Shown here in pieces: positions 1-7,517 of a stretch of DNA of 18,015 nt. How positions within the stretch are numbered: position 1 is the first letter of the stretch; each line of letters starts with the position of its first letter. The position numbers were made by a program, and so were the translations under genes. The DNA comes from an uncultured bacterium (GTDB lineage: Bacteria; SAR324; NAC60-12), in NCBI GenBank assembly GCA_965662235.1, contig CBFIGY010000046.1:1-18015 (forward strand). The letters are read 5' to 3'. Under the pieces are notes generated by a model. It was not told the origin of the DNA, did not search any database, and was given only the letters and a program-made list of their open reading frames with translations.

Positions 1-138
1 CCTCATGACTCCATAGGCCAGCATCCCCCTGTTCAGCGACTCAAAGGAGGCGCCGCGGGCAAAGTCGCGAAGAGGAAGACCCTCCTAAAGGAAGGCCAAG
101 GCGAAGCCCCCCAAAGAACTTCTGAGCCCGAACCCTGC

Positions 139-1983
139 TCAAGGTGAGCCTTCTGGGCGAGAAAGCGAGGGGGCGGGATCGTCTCCCTTCTGTTGCTTCT
201 GCCACATCTCCGCGTACTCTCCTCCCCGCTTCAGCAACTCTTCGTGACGGCCCCGCTCGCGGATTTCGCCTTCTTGGAGCACTAGGATTTCATCGGCATC
301 AACGATTGTGGAGAGGCGGTGAGCGATGATCAGCGTGGTCCGTTCCCGGGACACCTCGCGCAAGGACTCCTGGATTTCCTTCTCCGTGTGGGAATCCAGA
401 GCCGAGGTGGCTTCGTCGAAGATCAGGATGCGGGGGCCTTTGAGAATGGTCCGGGCAATCGCCACCCGCTGCTTCTCTCCTCCAGAAAGCTTCAGGCCCC
501 GTTCGCCCACCTCAGTGTCGTAACCAAGGGGCAGGCCTTCGACAAAGTGGTGAATCTGGGCCAGCTGTGCCGCCGCCTGCACCTGCTCCCAGGGTGCCTC
601 CGGGTTGCCATAGTGGATGTTGTAGGCGATGGTATCGTTGAACAGCACGGTGTCCTGTGGCACCACCCCAATCGCTTGACGCAGGCTCAGCTGACTCACC
701 TCGCGCAGGTCCTGTCCATCAAGGGTGATCCGCCCCTGGTTCACATCATAGAAGCGGAACAGGAGCCGTGAAATCGTGGACTTGCCGGAGCCGCTTGGTC
801 CGACAATGGCGACGGTCTGACCCGGCAGCACCCGGAAGCTGATGTTTTTGAGGATCTCGCGGTCCTGACTGTACCCGAAGGACACCTGCTCAAAGTCAAT
901 TTGACCGGGACCCCCGTTCAGCTCCTGGGCGTTGGGGGCATCCATCACATCCGGATGGTGCTCCAGCAGCTCGAACATTTTGTCCATGTCCACCAGGCTG
1001 CGCTTGATCTCGCGGTACACGACTCCTAGGAAATTCAACGGAAGGTACAGCTGGATCAGGAACGTGTTGACCATCACAAAGTCCCCCAGAGTGTTGTCGC
1101 CGTTGACCACTCCTGCAGCCGCTAGGGCCATGACCGAAATCAGCCCCACTGCGACAATGGCGCCTTGTCCTAGATTCAGCAGCGACAGACTGGTTTGGCT
1201 GGTGATCGCAGCTTTTTCGTAGCCTGCTAGGGCCTCATCGTAGCGGCGGTACTCGTGCTCCTCATTGTTGAAGTACTTGACGGTTTCAAAGTTCAGGAAG
1301 CTGTCAACGGCTTTGGTGTTGGCTTCTGAATCCTTGGCATTCATGGCCCGTCGAAACTTCAACCGCCAGTCCGTGATGACCTGTGTGAACAGCACATAGG
1401 CGACAATGGTGCCCGCAGTGGCAGCCGAAAAGCGCCAATCAAACTGCACAAAAAGGATCACAATGACCATTGTGATCTCCATCAGGGTGGGCAAGATGTT
1501 GAAAAGGATGAAGCGCAGTAAAAACTGAACCCCTCCCACACCGCGCTCAATCACTCTTGAAAGCCCTCCGGTCTGCCGCTCTAGGTGAAATTTGAGCGAG
1601 AGGTGATGCACATGCCGGAAGGTCGATAAGGCAATTTCGCGCTGAGCATACTGAGACACTCGGACAAAGATGAAGTCCCGAAACTCCACAAAGGCCTGCT
1701 GGAGCAGACGGGCTCCTCCATACGCGAAGATGACCCCCAGTGGAAGCACCACCAGCGCGTCTTCCACCGAAAGCTGATCAACCGCCTCCTTGTAAAGAAA
1801 CGGAACGTACACCGTCACCACCTTGGCCATGGCCAGACTGAACAGGGCCAGGACCACCCGGAGTTTCAGGTCCAGACGGGCTTCAGGCCAGAGGTAGACC
1901 ACCAAGGACTTCAGGGTGCGTCGGTGATTTTTACGTTCCTCTGAGCCCGTGGGTTCAAAGGAGGAGGTGTTGAAGGATCGCAT
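139..1983 (-). CDS. atm1: Atm1/ABCB7/HMT1-family ABC half-transporter (fused TMD + NBD), ~614 aa
   Basis: Family-typical TMD motifs (LSLKFHLERQTGGLSRVIERG, NFETVKYFNNE, QLYLPLNFLGVVYREIK), Walker A GPSGSGKST, signature LSGGEKQR, Walker B ILIFDEATSALD, H-loop IAHRLST. Start moved from 2463 to ATG 1983 (MRSFNT...) because the upstream 160 codons look non-coding and overlap corA. Confidence 0.93.
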   Translation of the reverse strand: MRSFNTSSFEPTGSEERKNHRRTLKSLVVYLWPEARLDLKLRVVLALFSLAMAKVVTVYVPFLYKEAVDQLSVEDALVVLPLGVIFAYGGARLLQQAFVEFRDFIFVRVSQYAQREIALSTFRHVHHLSLKFHLERQTGGLSRVIERGVGGVQFLLRFILFNILPTLMEITMVIVILFVQFDWRFSAATAGTIVAYVLFTQVITDWRLKFRRAMNAKDSEANTKAVDSFLNFETVKYFNNEEHEYRRYDEALAGYEKAAITSQTSLSLLNLGQGAIVAVGLISVMALAAAGVVNGDNTLGDFVMVNTFLIQLYLPLNFLGVVYREIKRSLVDMDKMFELLEHHPDVMDAPNAQELNGGPGQIDFEQVSFGYSQDREILKNISFRVLPGQTVAIVGPSGSGKSTISRLLFRFYDVNQGRITLDGQDLREVSQLSLRQAIGVVPQDTVLFNDTIAYNIHYGNPEAPWEQVQAAAQLAQIHHFVEGLPLGYDTEVGERGLKLSGGEKQRVAIARTILKGPRILIFDEATSALDSHTEKEIQESLREVSRERTTLIIAHRLSTIVDADEILVLQEGEIRERGRHEELLKRGGEYAEMWQKQQKGDDPAPSLSRPEGSP

Positions 1984-2059
1984 GAACGTGATGTTGAAGA
2001 GGAACAGATGCCTGCGGCCGCAGTGGCGGAGGGGAAAGACGACGGTGCCGTTGCCCGTT

Positions 2060-2088
2060 ACTCTATCGGGAGGCGTCAGAAAGTTCAA
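2060..2088 (-). promoter_or_regulatory. Candidate sigma70 promoter for atm1 (TTGAAC-N17-TAGAGT)
   Basis: On the minus strand, -35 TTGAAC (2088-2083), 17-nt spacer and -10 TAGAGT (2065-2060), ~75 nt upstream of the ATG at 1983. Confidence 0.4.
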
Positions 2089-2163
2089 TTGACCGGGAGG
2101 GGATCTGCAGGAACCACTGGACCAGACGAGCTGGAGCGCGAACAGCGGTCGCGGCTTTCTGGG

Positions 2164-2192
2164 TTGACATGCCTCAGGAGGCTTGGGACGAT
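2164..2192 (+). promoter_or_regulatory. Candidate sigma70 promoter for corA (TTGACA-N17-GACGAT with TGn extension)
   Basis: Perfect TTGACA at 2164-2169, 17-nt spacer, TG at 2184-2185 and a weak -10 GACGAT at 2187-2192, 43 nt before the corA GTG. Confidence 0.45.
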
Positions 2193-2235
2193 CAAAGGGC
2201 TCTGTTGATGGTCCACCCCCTTCCAGCTTCGACCT

Positions 2236-3297
2236 GTGCCTCCTGCGTTTTCCTTCCAAAAGTATGGCCTGCCTCCGGGAACCCTGGTTCCAGAAGGATG
2301 GGACGCGCCGCAAGGGCCCGGAAGCCTCTCGGCCATCCAGTTTGATCCCAGCAGCTACACCGAATACACGACGCTCACGACCGAACAGGTGGCCGACCTG
2401 ATGCTGGAACCCAAGGGGCTGTGGCTGCAGCTGGTTGGGGTCCAGGATGCGGAGAGGGTGCAAGCGTTAGGGACGGTGCTGGACATGCCACCGCTGCTGC
2501 TGGAAGACGTGGTCAGTGCTCGGCAGCGTCCCAAGGCCGCGCAGCATGGCGACTGGCTCCTGGTCACCCTCAAGGAGATGCACGCGGAGGCCGGCAGCCA
2601 AGAGGTCCAGTCCTGTCAGGTCAGCTTTGCCCTCCGGGATCAGGTGGTGGTCAGCTTCCAGCCGTCGGGCAGTGTTCCCTTTGAGCCTGTTCGGGAACGC
2701 CTCCGTCGCGGCAATGGACGGATCCGCAAGCCCGTTGGTGACTACCTGCTTTACGCCTTGCTGGACCTGGTGGTGGACAAAGGGTTTCTGGTGCTTGAGG
2801 TCCTCCAGGAGGCGGTGGATGAGCTGGAGGAGGAGGTCCTCGGAAAGCCGTCGGAGGAGGTTCTGGAACGCATCTACCGCTTCCACCAGCGGGTTCAGCG
2901 TCTGTACCGGGAGGCCCTGCCGGTTCAGGACCTTTGCGATGACCTGCACCCCGAGTACTGCGAGTGGATTTCTGAAGACACCCTCCCCTTCCTCCGGGAC
3001 CTCCGGGACCACGCCCAACGCGTCACCGATGCCCTGAGCGGGCTGCAGGACGTTCTCATTGGGCTCATCAACCTGAATGTGTCGCTGATTGGGTTCCGGA
3101 CGAACGAGCGCATGCGGGTGCTGGCGATCATTTCCACCGTCTTCATGCCCCTCACCTTTCTGGCAGGAATCTACGGCATGAACTTTACCTTCATGCCCGA
3201 GCTTACCTGGCGTTGGGGCTATCCGGTGGTGCTGGGCGTGATGGCCTTGCTGGTGGCTGGAATCATCTGGGTGCTGCGCCGCAAGAACTGGTTTTGA
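2236..3297 (+). CDS. corA: Magnesium/cobalt transporter CorA, 353 aa
   Basis: N-terminal KYGLPPGTL, QRPK, DYLLYALLD; two C-terminal TM helices with GIYGMNF (GMN signature) and the MPEL loop. GTG start. Confidence 0.95.
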   Translation: MPPAFSFQKYGLPPGTLVPEGWDAPQGPGSLSAIQFDPSSYTEYTTLTTEQVADLMLEPKGLWLQLVGVQDAERVQALGTVLDMPPLLLEDVVSARQRPKAAQHGDWLLVTLKEMHAEAGSQEVQSCQVSFALRDQVVVSFQPSGSVPFEPVRERLRRGNGRIRKPVGDYLLYALLDLVVDKGFLVLEVLQEAVDELEEEVLGKPSEEVLERIYRFHQRVQRLYREALPVQDLCDDLHPEYCEWISEDTLPFLRDLRDHAQRVTDALSGLQDVLIGLINLNVSLIGFRTNERMRVLAIISTVFMPLTFLAGIYGMNFTFMPELTWRWGYPVVLGVMALLVAGIIWVLRRKNWF

Positions 3298-3350
3298 GGG
3301 GCGGCTGTCCCGCAAGCGATCTCTAACTGCCTTTTGATCAAGGAATTCCC

Positions 3351-3902
3351 ATGGAACGCGACCCCCGTATTGCGAAACTGCTGCACTTCTGGTTTGAGGA
3401 AACGGAGCCCAAGCAGTGGTTCATCAAGGAGGCCACCTTTGATGAAATGCTCCGGGAGCGATTTGGAAACGAGGTAGAGCAAGCGTTGGCAGGAAACCTA
3501 GCGGACTGGTCGGCCACCCCAGACGGTAATCTGGCCCGGATCCTCCTGCTGGACCAGCTGCCGCGGAACCTCTTCCGCCACAGCGCCCGGAGCTTCGCGG
3601 GGGACTCACAGGCGCTGGAGTGTTGCCTCCAGGGCTGGGCCCGTGGCGATCAGGAACACCTTTCCGACCCGCAGGTGAAGTTCCTCCTGATGCCGATGAT
3701 GCACTCAGAAGATCTCGCCATTCAGGACCAGTCTCTTCCGCTTTTCAAGGCACATTGTGATGAACGGACCCACGAGTATGCGGTCCGGCACCGGGACATC
3801 ATTGCGCGGTTTGGTCGCTTCCCGCACCGAAACGCACTCCTTGGGCGCTCCTCCACGGAAGAAGAGGCGGCGTTTCTCCTAGAGCCCAATTCCTCATTCT
3901 GA
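3351..3902 (+). CDS. DUF924 family protein, 183 aa
   Basis: Family motifs FWF..WF, LARILLLDQLPRNLFR, MPMMHSEDL, HRDIIARFGRFPHRNALLGRSSTEEE; AAGGA SD upstream of the ATG. Confidence 0.92.
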   Translation: MERDPRIAKLLHFWFEETEPKQWFIKEATFDEMLRERFGNEVEQALAGNLADWSATPDGNLARILLLDQLPRNLFRHSARSFAGDSQALECCLQGWARGDQEHLSDPQVKFLLMPMMHSEDLAIQDQSLPLFKAHCDERTHEYAVRHRDIIARFGRFPHRNALLGRSSTEEEAAFLLEPNSSF

Positions 3903-4009
3903 TCCGCACTCCGGTTCTAGCTTTTCCGTCAAGGTGTTTTATTTATGATTTTTAAATTTAAATTAATATTATGTAAAATTAAATGATGGAGAATGCAAAG
4001 ACTTTCAAC

Positions 4010-4044
4010 AAAGCTGATCAAAACCCCCTTCAAAAGCTGATCAA
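4010..4044. repeat. Two direct copies of AAAGCTGATCAA (4010-4021, 4033-4044)
   Basis: Exact 12-nt repeat with a 23-nt period; each copy has a TGATCA palindromic core. Confidence 0.8.
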
Positions 4045-4132
4045 GAACCAGCTGCCTCACCCCCTTCATCGGCATTCAGGGACGTGGGGGGGCTGAGTCA
4101 ACCCCCTCCTGCAGCTGTGCTCAGACCCCGGG

Positions 4133-4285
4133 CGTTCCTATCGGCCTTACTCAGGGAACGTGGGATCTGGATCGACCTCCTGATAGCGACTTCCTCGTGG
4201 GCTTCCTTCGATTCAATCCAAAGGGGCTGCAGAGAGGGACTGACTGGGAGTGATGCTCCGTTCCCAGAGTGGAGTTGCAGGGAAC
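4133..4285. repeat. Two copies of the inverted-repeat motif CGTTCC-N13-CAGGGAAC (4133-4159, 4259-4285)
   Basis: Identical arms and identical spacer length but different spacer sequence; copies 126 nt apart. Confidence 0.6.
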
Positions 4286-4293
4286 CTACAGGG

Positions 4294-5709
4294 TCACAGG
4301 TACTTCCGCCAGGAGGACGGAACGACCAGCGGAGGCGGGTAGGCGAGTCCGTGAGCCTGCCGTTGAGGAACACTCCAGCCGACACTCCGGTGACACTCGG
4401 CGCCGTCTAGGGACGCCAGTTCCGGAAGCCAGCGCTGCACGTAACGGCCGTCCGGATCGTACCGTTGGGCCTGCAGAACGATGTTGAAGGTCCGGTTCTC
4501 CCGAGGATCATTGCCGACGCCAGCGACATAAGCCCAGTTGCCCCAGTTGCTGCAGACGTCATAGTCCAGGAGCCACGATTCAAACCACGCGGCGCCTGCT
4601 CGCCAGTCCTGTTTCAGGTCCTTGACCAGAAAACTCGCGACATTCTGCCGCCCGCGGTTGGACATGAACCCCGTTTGCCGCAGCTCCCGCAGGTTCGCAT
4701 CCACAAACGGAACCCCCGTCTTGCCCTGAGTCCAGGCGTCAAAGCGCCCATCGCACCAAGAAGGGCCAGGCGTCCCTCGTAGCCCGGACGCTTGAAACAG
4801 ACGGGTCCCGTACTTTCGACCAATCCACCGGAAGAACTCCCGCCACAGCAGCTCAAACTTGAGCCAGTAGGTGGAGTCGTTGTTCAGCACCTCTGCTTCA
4901 TACCGTTCAATTTCAGCATAAACCCAGCGGGGCGACAGGCTTCCCAACGCAAGCCACGGAGAGAGCTTGCTGGAGTAGTTGGCCCCAAGGAGTCCGTTGC
5001 GGGTGACCTTGTACTCCTGCAGGGCATGGGTCTCCCAGAAGTAGTGCTGAACCCGTTGCTGACCCGCGACCGTGCCTCCCTGAAACGGCAGAACCGCCCG
5101 CTCGTCCATCAGGGGCGGCAACTGCTTGAGGTGCGCCCAGGCGGAAAAACGTCCCCAGTCGGAAACATCCGGCGGAGGGGGCAGGGTGGGTTCAGGAAGC
5201 GGAGGCCGGACGCGACTGGCGCGCTCCACCTGCTTCCGGAAGGTGGAAAAGATGTCGGGCAGGGTTTCCACGGTGAAGGGCAGGTCGGCTTCAGCAAAGA
5301 GCTGGTTCCCTTCATGAAGCACGAGGGTTCCGGGCGGAAGGCGGTCTTCAAGAAGCGCCTCCACCGTCGTCTCTTCCGAGGCAATCTCAGCATGGGCATG
5401 CAGGCGAGACGCGCCCTGCTCCTCCACGAGGCGAGGCAAGACGTCTTCGGGCGTTCCCCAGGCAATCAAGAGGTTCGACCCCTGGGCCTGCAGAGCAACC
5501 CGAAGGGCCTGCAGGCTTTCTTCAAGGAAGCGGATCCGGTGTCCCTGAGTCCGGGGAAAGCCCCACCGGGTGGGCTCAAACAGCCGAGGATCGAGGCAGT
5601 AAACCGGAAGAAGTGGTCCGCCCTCGGCACAGGCGGCTGTCAGGGCCGGGTGGTCGTGAAGGCGGAGGTCGTTTCGGAACCAGACGAGTGTTGGGGAACT
5701 TGCGGGCAT
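4294..5709 (-). CDS. Cryptochrome DASH (photolyase/cryptochrome family), ~471 aa
   Basis: LVWFRNDLRLHDHPAL N-terminus; DASH-type motifs YKVTRNGLLGANYSSKLSPWLALG, STYWLKFELLWREFF, TGFMSNRGRQNVASFL, AGVGNDPRENRTFN. ATG 5709 chosen because GGAG lies 7 nt upstream. Confidence 0.94.
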   Translation of the reverse strand: MPASSPTLVWFRNDLRLHDHPALTAACAEGGPLLPVYCLDPRLFEPTRWGFPRTQGHRIRFLEESLQALRVALQAQGSNLLIAWGTPEDVLPRLVEEQGASRLHAHAEIASEETTVEALLEDRLPPGTLVLHEGNQLFAEADLPFTVETLPDIFSTFRKQVERASRVRPPLPEPTLPPPPDVSDWGRFSAWAHLKQLPPLMDERAVLPFQGGTVAGQQRVQHYFWETHALQEYKVTRNGLLGANYSSKLSPWLALGSLSPRWVYAEIERYEAEVLNNDSTYWLKFELLWREFFRWIGRKYGTRLFQASGLRGTPGPSWCDGRFDAWTQGKTGVPFVDANLRELRQTGFMSNRGRQNVASFLVKDLKQDWRAGAAWFESWLLDYDVCSNWGNWAYVAGVGNDPRENRTFNIVLQAQRYDPDGRYVQRWLPELASLDGAECHRSVGWSVPQRQAHGLAYPPPLVVPSSWRKYL

Positions 5710-5884
5710 CAGCACACTCCAGAAGGGTTGTAAGGTCCTTTTAGCATCTAATCAGGGTTCTGCCGGAAGCACAATGAGTTCTCCGGCTTGAGTTTGACTG
5801 GCACCTGCTGGCGGTTTTGAGTAAAACCACCCTCTCCAGTTGCCCCCCACTGGACTGTCCGGACCCTGCAACCCAACTCCCTGC

Positions 5885-7495
5885 ATGCCACCCCCGCTGT
5901 CTCGATCCGTTTTACCGAAAGGTGCCTGGCTGCCCTGGGCGGGACTGCTGTTGCTGGCCAGCACACCGGTGCTGGCGCTGGTGGGTTTGGGCGTGTGGTT
6001 CCTTTGGATGCAGCAGTGGCACTGGTATGCCCTTTCGGCAGCAGTGGTGCCGGTCAGCCTAGCGTGGCTGGGCGCCTTGGGGCTCCGGAAACGGTACCGG
6101 CTTCAGGCAACAGAAGTGGAAGCCGATTCCAGCTGGACCCTCAAGGGGCAGGAGGCATGGCGTCAGGTGGAGCTGACTGCTCGGGCGGCCCGGAAGCATC
6201 CGGAGTGGCTGACCGATCCGGACGCCCTCCGCAAGGTCGCGTGGCGGGTGGTCCGGAAGGTCTCGTTTGCCTTCCATGGCCCCTCGGAAAAGGCCATGCT
6301 CGAACTGTCGGCACCCGAGCTGCTCCGGACCCTAGAACTCGCGCTTGCGGAACTGCGAGTGGACCTTTCTCAAAAAGTCCCCGGCAGCCACCTCCTGACG
6401 CTCGGGGACCTGATGCGGGCTCAGGAGTGGATCACGGTGGGGGACCGTCTCTACGACCTCTATCGGCTCCTTTCGCTGGGACTCACCCCACAGGCCGCGA
6501 TCCTCCGGGAGGTCCGAGACTACTTCACCCGCAAGGTGGGGCATGCCACCCGGGATGAACTGCAGGGCTGGCTGCTGGAAACCCTCGTCCGCCGCTTCGG
6601 CTTCCATGCCATTGAACTCTACTCCGGACGGGTGGCCCTGGAGGCGGAAGCCCTCGAGCAGCACGTCACGCTGCCGTCCAAGGCTCAGGTGGAGGAAGCC
6701 CGGCAGCGTCAGGAGTTTCTGGAAACCGAGCCCCTGCGGATCCTCATCATTGGCCAGGCGGGTTCCGGGAAGACGAGCCTGGTGAATGCGCTCTTTGGGG
6801 AACTCCGGGCGGTGGAAGGCTCCGGTGGACTGCGTCGTTCCAAACGCCTCACGCCGCACCTCTTTGAACGAGCCGGGCAGGAACGCGCGCTGATTCTGGA
6901 CTCCCAGGGCTACGGACATCCGGAGACGCATGACGCGGTGATGGACGCTCTGGAAGAAGCGGTTGTCGAGTGCGATCTGCTGCTGATCACCTGTGCCGCC
7001 CATGAAGCTGGCCGGGCTCTGGACGCACAGGCCCTGCAGCGGTTGCGGCAGCGCCTGAAGCAGCAGGATCAGGACCTGATGCCCTTCTTGGCGGTGGTCA
7101 CCCACATCGATCGCCTTCGGCCCCTCCGGGAATGGGACCCGCCTTATGACATTGCAGAACCGGAACGCCTCAAGGCCCAGAACATCCGGGCGGCCCTGGA
7201 AGGGGTGGCAGAAGCCCTTTCCCTGGACCTCTCCCAAACCGTGCCTGCCTGCCTGCGGACGGAGCAGGTGTATAATGTGGAAGACGGCGTGCTTCCGGCA
7301 ATCTGGGAGCAGCTTGATGACGCCTTGCGACGCAAGTACGCCCGGTGCCTGGAGGACTTTCGTGAAAAACGGGACTGGAGCCTGGCCTGGGAACAGGCGC
7401 TGGCCACCGGTCGCTTTCTGACCCGCCAAAGCCTGAAGACGTTGGGCCGAACGCTGAAGCGTGCGGAGGAGAAGACGTCCAACTGGCTGCCCTGA
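5885..7495 (+). CDS. Membrane-anchored P-loop GTPase (COG3596/YeeP-YfjP-like), ~536 aa
   Basis: Two N-terminal hydrophobic segments; G1 GQAGSGKTS (6752-6778), G3-like DSQG, G4-like THID followed by RLRPLREWDPPYD. Start is uncertain (ATG 5885 preferred over TTG 5840). Confidence 0.85.
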   Translation: MPPPLSRSVLPKGAWLPWAGLLLLASTPVLALVGLGVWFLWMQQWHWYALSAAVVPVSLAWLGALGLRKRYRLQATEVEADSSWTLKGQEAWRQVELTARAARKHPEWLTDPDALRKVAWRVVRKVSFAFHGPSEKAMLELSAPELLRTLELALAELRVDLSQKVPGSHLLTLGDLMRAQEWITVGDRLYDLYRLLSLGLTPQAAILREVRDYFTRKVGHATRDELQGWLLETLVRRFGFHAIELYSGRVALEAEALEQHVTLPSKAQVEEARQRQEFLETEPLRILIIGQAGSGKTSLVNALFGELRAVEGSGGLRRSKRLTPHLFERAGQERALILDSQGYGHPETHDAVMDALEEAVVECDLLLITCAAHEAGRALDAQALQRLRQRLKQQDQDLMPFLAVVTHIDRLRPLREWDPPYDIAEPERLKAQNIRAALEGVAEALSLDLSQTVPACLRTEQVYNVEDGVLPAIWEQLDDALRRKYARCLEDFREKRDWSLAWEQALATGRFLTRQSLKTLGRTLKRAEEKTSNWLP

Positions 7496-7517
7496 TTTTT
7501 TCCTGTTGGAGGTCCCG

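Noticed and set aside
1..138. Possible start of a minus-strand gene (in-frame ATGs at 24 and 6) running off the window edge
   Set aside because: At most 8 codons are visible, so it cannot be supported.
2012..2023. Perfect 12-bp palindrome CTGCGGCCGCAG
   Set aside because: GC-rich single occurrence that is plausible by chance; no other support.
1984..2463. 160-aa N-terminal extension of the Atm1 ORF, and the 66-aa ORF at 2008-2208
   Set aside because: No family-like content; the extension overlaps corA antisense, and both cover the candidate promoters.
4010..4286. CRISPR array or replication origin reading of the intergenic repeats
   Set aside because: Only two short copies of each repeat, no regular repeat-spacer period, no cas or rep gene, and no DnaA boxes seen.
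4084..4410. ORFs 4084-4410 (+) and 4098-4385 (-)
   Set aside because: Both overlap the cry-DASH 3' end and lack recognisable motifs.
7461..7517. Upstream GTG start for the CHAT gene
   Set aside because: It overlaps the GTPase gene; ATG 7518 has a GGAGG SD and gives a normal-length signal peptide.
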